NCBI GenBank assembly: GCA_019828565.1
Contig: JAHDYR010000002.1
Location: 62,001-126,000 of the forward strand
Direction of reading: 5' to 3'
DNA: 64,000 nucleotides
Source: Carpediemonas membranifera BICM
Lineage: Eukaryota; Protista; Fornicata
The notes under the pieces were generated by a model that saw only the letters and a program-made list of their open reading frames with translations, did no database searches and was not told where the DNA came from. This document shows positions 31,198 through 44,900 of the stretch, in pieces. Every line of letters begins with the position of its first letter. The first letter of the stretch is position 1. Both the position numbers and the translations under genes were made by a program.

Positions 31198-33789
31198 CTA
31201 CCACGGGCCATGCAAACTCTGGACGCCCTCGGACTAATACCATCTCTAGAGAAGTGCATTCTGGTTCCTTGCCAGTGCATCGAGTTCCTTGGTCTGCTTC
31301 TGAACTCGGCAGACCAGACCCTTCGCCTTCCAGTCGACAAGGCGGGGAAATACCAAGCGTGCATTACCGACGCCCTCGCTCAACGCCGCATGAAGGCGGA
31401 GGACTGGGCGAAGCTGGTCGGCAAGCTGTCCTTCTTCGCGACATCCGCCCACAGAGCCACACTAAAGCTCCGGTCACTGCCAAGGGCTCCCTCGGACTGG
31501 ATTGACATCACACCCTACGCCTCAGAACTTCGAGAATGGCAAGAGCTGTTGTCCAGCCGTCCAAGCCGCCCCTTCGTGGAGCTGAAGAACATGTGGCAGA
31601 ACGACCAGACCCTCGAGCTGGTCATATCAACCGACGCCTCAGGCTCGGGCTGGGGCGCCCAGTGGGCAGCCACCACGCAGAGCCACGGCTCCTTCAATGG
31701 CGCGCTAGCCAATCAGTCAATCAACGTGAAGGAGTTGGCAGCCGTACTCTTCGGCTCGCGCCTGGTGCCAACACAGCCTCAGACGAGACGCCTGACCGTG
31801 TATTCCGACAACACCACGTGTGTCGCTTGGATCAACAAGGAGGGCAGCTCGAAGGCTCCGCCAATGGCCCTGCAGATCCTCCACTCCCTTTACCGCGAGA
31901 TGAGCGCGAAGAGACTGCTCATCAGCGCCCATCACACTCCAGGTCATCTCAATCTAGCTGCAGACCGCCTATCTCGGGGGTTGCTCACACCACCCACGTC
32001 CTCGAGCAGATCCTGTCCAGCTGGGGTCCGGTGGACGTAGACGTAACTCCATACCCAGACCACAGTCTACTCCTCCCAGGGTTCGCTTCCACCTCCTGGC
32101 AAGACGGGATGGACCGGGACTGGCGCGGACACCGGATCTATGCGGCACCACCCCCGTCGCCGATGATACTGGGTCGGGTCTGTCGAGTCCTGAATTCGAT
32201 CCTCGCGACCCGGACTACATCCCCTCCGTCAACCTGGACCTCAGCCGTCTTCCTCGTCGTCCCAGACATCACATCGCCCGAGCTCCGACTCCTCACTTGC
32301 AAGATCGCCTTCTCCATCCCCCAGGAGCGACTTCGCGTCCGACGACCTCCCTCTCGTAGAGCGCCTGGCCAAGCCGAACGGGAATATCCGCTTCATGGCC
32401 CTCGCCTTCCAGACCTGTTCACCAGCATCGTCAACCACCCAATACTCGCTCACATGCGCAGACACGAGACGCGCCGAGCAGTAGCCGGCTGGATCACCGC
32501 TTTTATAGAGTTCCGAGGCCAGGACTTAGACGACACCGAAGTATACCGAGCCTTCCTCGAGGAGGAGGCAGAGCATAACGCCCCAGCCACCGTAGAGCGC
32601 AAGGGCTACTGGATAGAGCGAGCCGCGCCCCTGTTCTCCGACTGGCTTCCCAGTCCTTACTGCTCTCAGATTCGACGCGGCATCGCCGCCCACGCCTCGA
32701 CGGACGGCATGACAGGTGGCTCGGCGCCCATACTCAAGGAGGACATGCTGCGCGCAATCACTCGTCGGAACGACAGCGTCTCGGCTTACCAGGCGACCCT
32801 GTTCGCCGCGATCGCATACCTAACAGTCAGCCGTGGGGCAGAGATATTCCGCCTCACTCCTCACGACATCGTCTTCAAAGCCAACGGAGACGTCCAACTC
32901 CTCATCGGCCAGACCAAGACTCAGACTAAGGTGTCAAAATCCCTGCCGAACGTCTTACTGGGTCCCTTCAACCCCGCATTCGCGCTGAAGAGATGGGTTC
33001 TCGGCCTCCGCTTGCCGCCAGATGTCGGCATCTGGAGAGTCATCACCTCCGACCGTACAATCAGCCGACGGAAGGCGGCCTCCATGCGGTACATGCGAGA
33101 TGAGCTCCGGAGGACGTTCAACGACGACCGCGTTGGCCTCCACAGCTTCCGCAAGGGGGCCGCCTCCGAGTTAGCCCTCGCCGGGACACCCCTCGAGACC
33201 CTGCTACAGCTGGGCACATGGGCCAATGGCAGCTCACTCCGCCCCTACATCGGCGAGGCCATCAGAAATCATCCGTCGCAGTTAAGAAAAACTGCTGAGA
33301 CACTGTTCTCATCCCATTAAACACCATCGCACCGAGGATCGTCATGGCGACGTCCGGTGAGCCGAGGCAGCAAGGAGCCGCTGGCACAGAAGCTTGCATA
33401 GTGCAGCTAACTCCCTGAGGAGGACGGGATTGGTCGGTTTCCCATTTGGATATGAGTTAGGATGCTAGGATACTCTAGCGAGCAGCACTCGACCAGGGCA
33501 CCCGGGGTGCTGAGGGTCGGAGGAGTCCCGCAGGGAGCGCAGGCCGGAGACTATTGATCGTTGGATTGATTCGACCAGATGTGCAGGATATGGCAGAATT
33601 CGAAAGATGCCCGAAGAAGACACGGGCACGCCCAAGGCAGAGGGTCCCGAACGACGGACCTACCTCGACTCGCGAGGAACGCGGGAAACGAAAGAAGACG
33701 CTGAATATTTACGCGGAGAGACAGGAAATCCGAGTAAATATTATTCCCCCCCATTTGGATATGAGTTAGGATGCTAGGATACTCTAGCG
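31198..33789 (+). mobile_element. Tyrosine-recombinase retrotransposon A (DIRS/Ngaro/PAT type), 3' part
   Basis: RT C-half (EKC...IEFLG), RNase H (TDAS..GWG, INVKEL, SDN, N..ADRLSR), methyltransferase-like domain, YR; 40-bp direct repeats at 33441-33480 and 33750-33789. Confidence 0.9.
32454..33320 (+). CDS. Tyrosine recombinase of element A
   Basis: SRGAEI, KT, HSFRKG, LGTW, PYI give the R-K-HxxR-W-Y catalytic set; start uncertain. Confidence 0.9.
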   Translation: MRRHETRRAVAGWITAFIEFRGQDLDDTEVYRAFLEEEAEHNAPATVERKGYWIERAAPLFSDWLPSPYCSQIRRGIAAHASTDGMTGGSAPILKEDMLRAITRRNDSVSAYQATLFAAIAYLTVSRGAEIFRLTPHDIVFKANGDVQLLIGQTKTQTKVSKSLPNVLLGPFNPAFALKRWVLGLRLPPDVGIWRVITSDRTISRRKAASMRYMRDELRRTFNDDRVGLHSFRKGAASELALAGTPLETLLQLGTWANGSSLRPYIGEAIRNHPSQLRKTAETLFSSH

Positions 33790-34728
33790 GGTAGTACCCC
33801 AGCTCATTGTCGCAAGGGCGACGGGACGTGGGCGAGGCCGGCAATCGCCGGATGCCCGCGTCATTGGTCAAGATTGGTCGGCGCAGTTTATGCGGCCAGA
33901 TGACGAACGATTCGCAGCCGGTGGCTGCGACGGCCGAGAAGTGGCAGAACTGCGTACCACGGTGCAGGAGATGCAGAAAGCTCAGGAGAGATCCACCAAG
34001 ATCCTCGAGAGGATGGCCGCCGCAAGCGCCGAATCTGAAGCGGATTTCCACGAGGAACTGGCGTTTGAAGAAGATGAACAAGACCCCATCATGGCTTCCC
34101 TTTCATACATTGAGGCCATGACCGAGCTGCCGAAGAAGCGCCCTCTTCTGGAGGAGGCGAAGTTCCTTCGGAAGGTTCAAACGATCCTCACCTCTTCTAC
34201 AGACACGAAACTCCTCAAGCGCCTTTCCCCCCTCCTCTCCGCCCGGCGTAGAGCTCTGATGATGAAGGATGAAGATTACAACGACGTCACAGTCACCTAC
34301 TTTCAGAACCAGGTATGGAAGGCCATCGCGGACAAAGGAACCCTCGACGAGTCCCAGATCGAGTCCTTCGAGCTCAAGTCTAAGATTCACGGAGCCAAGC
34401 GAAAGGGCGACAAGTTTCAGCCTCCGGGAGGCGGGGGCCGAGGCGGCAGCTCTCGCGGTCGCAACCGGCAGTCAAACTAACCGAGAACCACCTCTTCCCA
34501 TCGATAACTGGCGACGTGTGGCGACTCTGGGAGCGCTTCGGCGCCTCAGAGCACGTCGTCAGCCTACTCAGAGACGGCGTTCCAATATCACTGACCGCGC
34601 CTCCGTCGGCGGCCGCACTGCTAGACGCGACTGGACCCACGTGTTCGGGCCAAGCTCCAACAGCTGTTGAACGAGGGCATTCTCCGCAGAACGACCCTGC
34701 AGTCCCTCCGCCATTCGGCCCCGATCTT
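33789..34728 (+). mobile_element. 5' part of YR retrotransposon B (repeat A1, gag 33890-34480, RT start), first duplicated copy
   Basis: 139-bp repeat 33789-33927 recurs at 61691-61829; RT start W...GAS..V...LRDG...SAPIF. Confidence 0.85.
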
Positions 34729-36064
34729 CATGCTGTCTGGAGGGGGGTGTATGGGTGGCAGTATACACCTACGGAACAGAGGGGCTCTGTCAAAAATGTC
34801 CGATTTAGAACGTCTTACTCTGGCACCATGTAGCCCCCTTCCTGATGCACCTTTGAGCACGTGCTTGGCCTGCGATAATTACTTGGCGTCCCGTAAAGCC
34901 CAAAAATTAATCAAATCGTCATCAAATGCGAATTAAAGATGCTGATATTGCTCATGAAACGACTCTGCTGATCAGCTGGGACTCTACGCGGCGATATGGC
35001 ATGGCAAGTCTCTACACTTTGGAGACAATTCGGTCCCATGGTTCCTACCTTGACCCACGTTGTCTCGCGCGCGCGAGGGACTCACTAAAAGGATATATCA
35101 ACACTGGGAGCAGAAAAAAGGCACGGCGAGATGCAGGCGCTGTTGCTGAGCTCATTTTCCGGATAAGACCCGTTTTTGTCACCTCAACCCATTCATATTG
35201 GCGGCTGTTGCTTCGTTTTTGATCAAATCAAATGGAAACCAAAACGAGATCCGGGAAACGAGGATGATTGGGAGAGATAGACACATCATAAGGTCTTTAA
35301 TATAGTAATGCACCGTCAATGAGAAGTTCTTGGTTCCTGAAATGGATTATTGATCCCAAACGCTTTTCTTTGAGGATAATGCACTTATAGCGGTGATTTC
35401 CACACAATTCATCCAAATACTGATCAAAACATCAGAACTGCAAGTAAAATGGGTATAGATCGTTTATCCACGGAGAAATCAATTGCTCCCAATCCCAGCT
35501 TGCAAGAAAAAAAGTTAAGGGGGCTGTATTGGGGCTTGCACTGATATCTCTATATATGCCGACACAGTCACTGGGCTGCCCATCACTGAACAGCTCTAGC
35601 CCAATACAAAAACATGAGGGCTCGAAGTTTTGGCCTTCTCGGAAAAGGGTGGCGGAACGCTGCAACACTACAATGCTAATGGACAGAGGGGAGGAAGTGG
35701 TCCACTGGTATGTCCTATGGGTCGCTTCTTCCCCTCTGTCCATTTTTACACGATATCGATTTGCCGGATTTGACACATGTTGTGCGATCTTTAACTCCTC
35801 GCGTCCAACCACCTCTCCCAAACGATCTGCAAGATCGACCAGCCCTGGATCACTTGGGCCTGCCTCCGTGCCCGGCCTGTTGCGATCAATGATGGTGATT
35901 ACTTGCAACGAACGCTATCACCGGAAATTACCTTACCTTACCTTACCTGCAGGTACCATGGGTGTTCGTTTTCGTCTCCAAACGCCATGGTGTAAGAGCA
36001 TAAAGTGCATTTTCTGTTTACTGTGCCGTTGGGGATTGATGGCGCTGGCGTAGGGGTGCTGTGT

Positions 36065-38212
36065 GGGCGCCAGGGATGACGGCGCCAGGGATGAGACGCC
36101 AGGGATGAGGGAGCCAAGATGAGGGCGCCAGGGATGAGGCGCCAGGATGAGGGAGCCAAGATGAGGGCGCCAGGGATGAGGCGCCAGGGATGACGGCGCC
36201 AGGATGAGGCGCCAGGGATGAGGCGCCAGGATGAGGGAGCCAAGATGAGGGCGCCAGGGATGAGGCGCCAGGGATGAGGCGCCAGGGATGAGGCGCCAGG
36301 ATGAGGGAGCCAAGATGAGGGCGCCAGGGATGACGGCGCCAGGGATGACGGCGCCAGGATGAGGGAGCCAAGATGAGGGCGCCAGGGATGAGGCGCCAGG
36401 ATGAGGGAGCCAAGATGAGGGCGCCAGGGATGAGGGCGCCAGGGATGAGGCGCCAGGGATGAGGCGCCAGGGATGACGGCGCCAGGGATGAGACGCCAGG
36501 GATGAGGGAGCCAAGATGAGGGCGCCAGGGATGAGGCGCCAGGATGAGGGAGCCAAGATGAGGGCGCCAGGGATGAGGGCGCCAGGGATGAGGCGCCAGG
36601 GATGAGGCGCCAGGGATGAGGCGCCAGGATGAGGGAGCCAAGATGAGGGCGCCAGGGATGAGGGCGCCAGGGATGAGGCGCCAGGATGAGGGAGCCAAGA
36701 TGAGGGCGCCAGGATGAGGCGCCAGGGATGACGGCGCCAGGGATGACGGCGCCAGGATGAGGCGCCAGGATGAGGGAGCCAAGATGAGGGCGCCAGGGAT
36801 GAGGCGCCAGGGATGAGGCGCCAGGGATGAGGCGCCAGGGATGAGGCGCCAGGATGAGGGAGCCAAGATGAGGGCGCCAGGATGAGGCGCCAGGGATGAC
36901 GGCGCCAGGATGAGGGCGCCAGGGATGAGGGCGCCAGGGATGACGGCGCCAGGATGAGGCGCCAGGATGAGGGAGCCAAGATGAGGGCGCCAGGGATGAG
37001 GCGCCAGGATGAGGGAGCCAAGATGAGGGCGCCAGGGATGAGGCGCCAGGGATGAGGCGCCAGGGATGAGGGAGCCAAGATGAGGGCGCCAGGATGAGGC
37101 GCCAGGGATGAGGCGCCAGGGATGACGGCGCCAGGATGAGGGCGCCAGGATGAGGGCGCCAGGGATGAGGGCGCCAGGGATGAGGGCGCCAGGGATGAGG
37201 CGCCAGGGATGAGGCGCCAGGGATGAGGCGCCAGGGATGAGGCAAGATGAGGCGCCAGGGATGAGGCGCCAGGGATGAGGCGCCAGGATGAGGGCGCCAG
37301 GGATGAGGGCGCCAGGGATGAGGGCGCCAGGGATGAGGCGCCAGGGATGAGGCGCCAGGGATGAGGCGCCAGGGATGAGGCGCCAGGATGAGGGAGCCAA
37401 GATGAGGGCGCCAGGATGAGGCGCCAGGGATGACGGCGCCAGGATGAGGGCGCCAGGGATGAGGGCGCCAGGGATGACGGCGCCAGGATGAGGGCGCCAG
37501 GATGAGGGAGCCAAGATGAGGGCGCCAGGGATGAGGCGCCAGGGATGAGGCGCCAGGGATGAGGCGCCAGGGATGAGGCGCCAGGGATGACGGCGCCAGG
37601 GATGACGGCGCCAGGATGAGGGCGCCAGGATGAGGCGCCAGGGATGACGGCGCCAGGGATGAGGCGCCAGGGATGAGGCGCCAGGATGAGGCGCCAGGAT
37701 GAGGCGCCAGGGATGACGGCGCCAGGGATGAGGCGCCAGGGATGAGGCGCCAGGATGAGGGAGCCAAGATGAGGGCGCCAGGGATGAGGCGCCAGGGATG
37801 AGGCGCCAGGGATGAGGCGCCAGGGATGAGGCGCCAGGATGAGGCGCCAGGGATGACGGCGCCAGGGATGAGACGCCAGGGATGAGGGAGCCAAGATGAG
37901 GGCGCCAGGGATGAGGCGCCAGGGATGAGGCGCCAGGGATGAGGCGCCAGGGATGAGGCGCCAGGGATGACGGCGCCAGGATGAGGCGCCAGGATGAGGG
38001 AGCCAAGATGAGGGCGCCAGGGATGAGGCGCCAGGGATGAGGGAGCCAAGATGAGGGCGCCAGGGATGAGGGCGCCAGGGATGAGGCGCCAGGGATGAGG
38101 GAGCCAAGATGAGGGCGCCAGGGATGAGGGCGCCAGGGATGAGGCGCCAGGGATGAGGCGCCAGGGATGAGACGCCAGGGATGAGGGCGCCAGGATGAGG
38201 CGCCAGGGATGA
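36065..38212 (+). repeat. Minisatellite of 13-15 bp units, consensus GGCGCCAGGGATGA (variants gggagccaagatga, cggcgcc..., gacgcc...)
   Basis: Directly visible tandem array. Confidence 0.97.
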
Positions 38213-38576
38213 GGAGTACAGTATTTGAACCCCGAAAACGCCATATTACCAGCACCAATGAGCTTCATCAACGAAGATGCGCTCACTGGTGCCGGTTATG
38301 GCGTTTTCGGGGTTCGTCGATCATTCTGCTCCCAAATCTGCACCTGTATTTTCGTGAGCATGCCCGGGAGCTGGGCCAGACGAGTGGTGCCACAGGGACT
38401 AAGCTCCGCTGCTCAGCCTCTGCCAGGCGACACTCGTCTGAATTCTGCACGAAAAATTCAGACGACGAATGATGGGCAAGGGCCGCGAAAACGCTGAAGT
38501 ACCAGCGCAAGTAGAGCGGTTTGCAATAAAATAGCTTACTTGCGCTGGTGCTGGCGTTTTCGGGGCCCTGAATTGC

Positions 38577-38958
38577 CCCGGGCGCTCTCCCGGGCTTCTC
38601 TCTCCCGGGCTTCTCTCTCCCGCGCTCTTCTCCCCCGGGCGCTCTCCCGGGCTCCTCTCCCCCGGGCTCCTCTCTCCCGGGCGCTCTCCCGGGCTTCTCT
38701 CTCCCGGGCTTCTCTCTCCCGCGCTCTTCTCCCCCGGGCGCTCTCCCGGGCTCCTCTCTCCCGCGCTCTTCTCCCCCGGGCGCTCTCCCGGGCTCCTCTC
38801 TCCCGCGCTCTTCTCCCCCGGGCGCTCTCCCGGGCTCCTCTCTCCCGGGCTCCTCTCTCCCGCGCTCTTCTCCCCCGGGCGCTCTCCCGGGCTCCTCTCT
38901 CCCGGGCTCCTCTCTCCCGCGCTCTTCTCCCCCGGGCGCTCTCCCGGGCTCCTCTCTC
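38577..38958 (+). repeat. C/T-rich tandem repeat (ctctcccgggct variants)
   Basis: Directly visible. Confidence 0.95.
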
Positions 38959-41900
38959 CACTGTCACCGGGCTTGCTGGCTCCGAGGGGTACCACAAGCG
39001 CATGAAGGCCATCCTCGATCTCGTCAGCGACGAGTGGCTCACCACGGTTGCCGTCAGTTTCGTCTCGACGACCCACCTCGGCTCCATACTGCAACAGTTG
39101 GCTGCAGAATTCGCCAATTTCGAGACATTCTGGGTTGTTTCTGGCCACAGCGAGACCACAACGTCGAGAATGATCGTTAATGCGAGCGCTAACGAGTTCC
39201 TGTACCTTCACGATATCGTACAGATGATCCTCTTCGCTTTCCGTGAGCCATCCCTCGTCACCACCAGCCGGGTTCGGCTCATCTACTTCGCCACCTGTAC
39301 CGGAGCGGACAATAGCGAGTTCTCTCTGCTTAAGCAGTCCATTTCGACCCAGGCATACGAGCATACGTGCATCATTCTCACTCCGGAGAAAATGCTTGCC
39401 AACGAACTCGTCCTGCAGGACTGCTTTTGGCTCTACCGCACTACATGCATGGACAACCCGCTCCACTTCGTCTCGCGTTACTTCTCCGGCTATGGGCTCG
39501 CACCTGGCACAGCAGGGGAGACGGGTTATCGCGAATGGATCAATGTCCATAACCCCGGGCGCGATTGAGATCCTCACAGCCACTCAGTTCCGCACGCCAA
39601 TCCCTCTTCCCGAGATGGTCGACCTTGTTTCTGAGGTACTTGCATATAGACCACTGCAGAGATCTCCGGCGGATGTTATGGCCTCGCGCTACATTACTGA
39701 GATGACAGTTGCGCACAGAGCGGCACTGGAAGACACTTAAAGTTCAAAATCTCCCTATTTAACTTACTCAATTGGCTTCATATCCGCCACCTTCTGGTAG
39801 ACAGTCATACACTGGTCGCAGAACCTGACACGATAGTCCTGGCCGTCGAGATGGAACTCAGCATAGCTGAAGTGTTTCTCTTCGCAGAACCAGTTTAGGC
39901 ACGCCCGGCAGACGCCAGTGTCCTTTGTCGACTTGTCTCCGTCCTTGATACACGCGTGACATCTGTTAGACCTTCCTGCCAGACTGCAAGCTGCGCAAAC
40001 CTTTCTGTTCTTACCATCAATCCTCTTCTCTCTGACACACTGAAGATGCATGAACTGATGGCAGAGATAGCACGTTTCATACTCGTTTCTTTTTCATGTT
40101 TGGGTTGAAGTACCATTCAGGTGAGGCACAAACAGCGCATGCGAACAGTAACTTACGCTGATATAGCTTCAGAAACGTCGCTTGCTTGAGGGCGGGGACC
40201 TTATCGTTCATTTCAACGGCCTTGGGTGACTGCTTGAGGAGATCAGTGACAGTTGTGGAGAGTGAAGCCGTCACCATCGCGGCAACCTCCTTCAAGTCAG
40301 CCTCTTCGAGCCTCGATCGCTTCTGAGCAGGCTCATGCATCTGCGCATCAAAAATTAAGCTTCTTGACGGGGGAATCAGGCTTGATGGTAGCCAAGTCAG
40401 CTCTTTTTCTGAGCTTTGGTACCAATGTTGTCACTGGAGTCTTTGTGGGTGTCTCTGCGGGTGTTTCTGCTGGGGTACGTGGCTCAGGCTGGAGCTTGCG
40501 ATGCTTGATCCTGATTACAACGGCTGGAGGCCATTGAATGCCGGTGCAAGTGATCAGACTGGAGACATCGTGGAGTCCAAGTCCCCGAAACAGCACAGAC
40601 ATCCTGTTTCTAAACTCCTGCAAGTGTTCAGCTGCATTTGCTCTGTCTCTGACAACCAGGTAGGGTATCTTTGTGCCAATGAGCTCTGTGCCACCCTTTC
40701 TACTTGCCACAAATGCCTGAATGGGCTCAGTAGTCGTGCGCCTGACGGAGTTTGCAATAGCAATCTTGCGAAAGCCGTTGCAGAGGCCCGATATCACATC
40801 CTGCATGCCAAGGAGAGCGCGATGAACGTCAGAGGTCGTCAGACCGATAGTTGGGATGTCCGCGACGTCGAAAAAGCATTCCAGGAAGCTAGTCACGAAC
40901 AGCCGGCGGTACTCTGTTCTCTTATCCGATCCGCAAGACGTGCCCTGCGAAATCTCAGCTTTCTTCGCAGTTTCACTGGTCGTCATATTCTCATCTTAAA
41001 CTGCGCAGGTGTTGACGACAATGTTACGGTTATCCACGAACGAAAGGCTTAATCATATGACCAGTTGCATCCATGAAGTCGGCAAGATACAAGATTCTGT
41101 TCGAGAAATACGAAATCACATCACTGGGCTGAATTGCGAGGGGTTGGTGAATGAGAGGCTGAATGACACACAACACGTTCTGGAAGAGATAGGAGATATG
41201 TTTATAGATGGAATACAGCAACTTAAAGACCACTAACACGTTATTATCACTTTGAATAAGCAATGAATGGTTATGCAACATCAGCACCTACCTACGAATC
41301 ACAAGAATGCCCCTAGCACGTCGTATGCAAGCAAAAATGAGACTTACCCGTACCTTCCGCACGTTTCTCTACGTTTCACAAACGTTGGTGAAACGTGTGA
41401 AATAGTGAAAAAGATACGGGTGAATCTCATTTTTCTTACAGTTCTTAATGCAAAAGGGTGTTTATCCTCCGTATATCCCCGGATTAACTGGCCATTCTAA
41501 CAGTATGTTTATGAGCCAGAAGGCTGTACGCCAGCTACCCAGGGACGCTGTATCAGTTGACACTGGAGAGTGGATCACTGTGACCCTAGGGGATAACCAC
41601 AAGGTTCGGACGAACCAAGTAGCTACGCTCACCTTCCGTCTAGAACGGCTCGGCCCAGTGCCCATTACGACGACCTGGAAGTTCTATGTGCTTCCAGGTG
41701 AAGCCTTTAAGGTCCTATTGGGCTGTGACCTTCTTAGGTCGCTCAAGCTCATCGACGATGAGACACTCAACTTCAACCTCGAGAAGCTAGGCTCAGAGGA
41801 CGAATCAGAGTGGGTTCCATTCACTCACAGATACCTCGACGAGGATCTGAACACAGCTGAAGTGGAAGAGAACCACCCGGATATTCCGGACTCAGCGATA

Positions 41901-44900
41901 AAGCCCCAGCTCGAAGAGCTCGTGTCCGCTTTCCCCGATATTTGGGAAGAGTCTCTCCCCGCAGAAGGGTCTAACCTGGAGGAGATGACTATAGAGCTCG
42001 TAAACGAGCGGGACATTGTCCAGGCGAGAGCTAGAGGCCTTGCCGACGCGACAGCGGCGCTTGTAGCGACCGAGCTCGAGGAACTCTGGAGATCTGGAAT
42101 TATCCGTGAGTCTCGAGGCCCTTACAGTTCCCCCATAGTGGTGGTGAAGAAAGGTCACAAGGGCTCCCCAGAAAATCAGACTCTGCGTAGATTACAAAGA
42201 GCTGAACGACCTAACGATCAAGGACAAGTTCCCGATCCCAAATGTTAGACATTTCGTGGATCGCGCGGCAGGCTGCAAATATTTTGCAGGCCTAGACCTA
42301 AGGCAGGGGTACTATCAGATGAACATGAGTGAAGAGCTACCACGGGCCATGCAAACTCTGGACGCCCTCGGACTAATACCATCTCTAGAGAAGTGCATTC
42401 TGGTTCCTTGCCAGTGCATCGAGTTCCTTGGTCTGCTTCTGAACTCGGCAGACCAGACCCTTCGCCTTCCAGTCGACAAGGCGGGGAAATACCAAGCGTG
42501 CATTACCGACGCCCTCGCTCAACGCCGCATGAAGGCGGAGGACTGGGCGAAGCTGGTCGGCAAGCTGTCCTTCTTCGCGACATCCGCCCACAGAGCCACA
42601 CTAAAGCTCCGGTCACTGCCAAGGGCTCCCTCGGACTGGATTGACATCACACCCTACGCCTCAGAACTTCGAGAATGGCAAGAGCTGTTGTCCAGCCGTC
42701 CAAGCCGCCCCCTTCGTGGAGCTGAAGAACATGTGGCAGAACGACCAGACCCTCGAGCTGGTCATATCAACCGACGCCTCAGGCTCGGGCTGGGGCGCCC
42801 AGTGGGCAGCCACCACGCAGAGCCACGGCTCCTTCAATGGCGCGCTAGCCAATCAGTCAATCAACGTGAAGGAGTTGGCAGCCGTACTCTTCGGCTCGCG
42901 CCTGGTGCCAACACAGCCTCAGACGAGACGCCTGACCGTGTATTCCGACAACACCACGTGTGTCGCTTGGATCAACAAGGAGGGCAGCTCGAAGGCTCCG
43001 CCAATGGCCCTGCAGATCCTCCACTCCCTTTACCGCGAGATGAGCGCGAAGAGACTGCTCATCAGCGCCCATCACACTCCAGGTCATCTCAATCTAGCTG
43101 CAGACCGCCTATCTCGGGGGTTGCTCACACCACCCCACGTCCTCGAGCAGATCCTGTCCAGCTGGGGTCCGGTGGACGTAGACGTAACTCCATACCCAGA
43201 CCACAGTCTACTCCTCCCAGGGTTCGCTTCCACCTCCTGGCAAGACGGGATGGACCGGGACTGGCGCGGACACCGGATCTATGCGGCACCACCCCCGTCG
43301 CCGATGATACTGGGTCGGGTCTGTCGAGTCCTGAATTCGATCCTCGCGACCCGGACTACATCCCCTCCGTCAACCTGGACCTCAGCCGTCTTCCTCGTCG
43401 TCCCAGACATCACATCGCCCGAGCTCCGACTCCTCACTTGCAAGATCGCCTTCTCCATCCCCAGGAGCGACTTCGCGTCCGACGACCTCCCTCTCGTAGA
43501 GCGCCTGGCCAAGCCGAACGGGAATATCCGCTTCATGGCCCTCGCCTTCCAGACCTGTTCACCAGCATCGTCAACCACCCAATACTCGCTCACATGCGCA
43601 GACACGAGACGCGCCGAGCAGTAGCCGGCTGGATCACCGCTTTTATAGAGTTCCGAGGCCAGGACTTAGACGACACCGAAGTATACCGAGCCTTCCTCGA
43701 GGAGGAGGCAGAGCATAACGCCCCAGCCACCGTAGAGCGCAAGGGCTACTGGATAGAGCGAGCCGCGCCCCTGTTCTCCGACTGGCTTCCCAGTCCTTAC
43801 TGCTCTCAGATTCGACGCGGCATCGCCGCCCACGCCTCGACGGACGGCATGACAGGTGGCTCGGCGCCCATACTCAAGGAGGACATGCTGCGCGCAATCA
43901 CTCGTCGGAACGACAGCGTCTCGGCTTACCAGGCGACCCTGTTCGCCGCGATCGCATACCTAACAGTCAGCCGTGGGGCAGAGATATTCCGCCTCACTCC
44001 TCACGACATCGTCTTCAAAGCCAACGGAGACGTCCAACTCCTCATCGGCCAGACCAAGACTCAGACTAAGGTGTCAAAATCCCTGCCGAACGTCTTACTG
44101 GGTCCCTTCAACCCCGCATTCGCGCTGAAGAGATGGGTTCTCGGCCTCCGCTTGCCGCCAGATGTCGGCATCTGGAGAGTCATCACCTCCGACCGTACAA
44201 TCAGCCGACGGAAGGCGGCCTCCATGCGGTACATGCGAGATGAGCTCCGGAGGACGTTCAACGACGACCGCGTTGGCCTCCACAGCTTCCGCAAGGGGGC
44301 CGCCTCCGAGTTAGCCCTCGCCGGGACACCCCTCGAGACCCTGCTACAGCTGGGCACATGGGCCAATGGCAGCTCACTCCGCCCCTACATCGGCGAGGCC
44401 ATCAGAAATCATCCGTCGCAGTTAAGAAAAACTGCTGAGACACTGTTCTCATCCCATTAAACACCATCGCACCGAGGATCGTCATGGCGACGTCCGGTGA
44501 GCCGAGGCGGCAAGGAGCCGCTGGCACAGAAGCTTGCATAGTGCAGCTAACTCCCTGAGGAGGACGGGATTGGTCGGTTTCCCATTTGGATATGAGTTAG
44601 GATGCTAGGATACTCTAGCGAGCAGCACTCGACCAGGGCACCCGGGGTGCTGAGGGTCGGAGGGTCCCGCGGGGAGCGCGGGCCGGAGACTATTGATCGT
44701 TGGATTGATTCGACCAGATGTGCAGGATATGGCAGAATTCGAAAGATGCCCGAAGAAGACACGGGCACGCCCAAGGCAGAGGGTCCCGAACGACGGACCT
44801 ACCTCGACTCGCGAGGAACGCGGGAAACGAAAGAAGACGCTGAATATTTACGCGGAGAGACAGGAAATCCGAGTAAATATTATTCCCCCCCATTTGGATA

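Larger units (their letters stand above)
34729..38958 (+). mobile_element. Truncated left arm of cargo transposon element 3 (duplicated copy)
   Basis: Begins TT|catgctgtctggagggggg; nearly identical to sequence from 45868 onward. Confidence 0.85.

Noticed and set aside
36065-38212. Possible CRISPR array or telomere
   Set aside because: No unique spacers, no cas genes, eukaryotic context, and an internal position within a transposon.
38399-39583. ORFs fusing RALS/ERSPG repeats to the CHAT-like protein
   Set aside because: Products of the duplication junction at 38959 reading through a low-complexity repeat.
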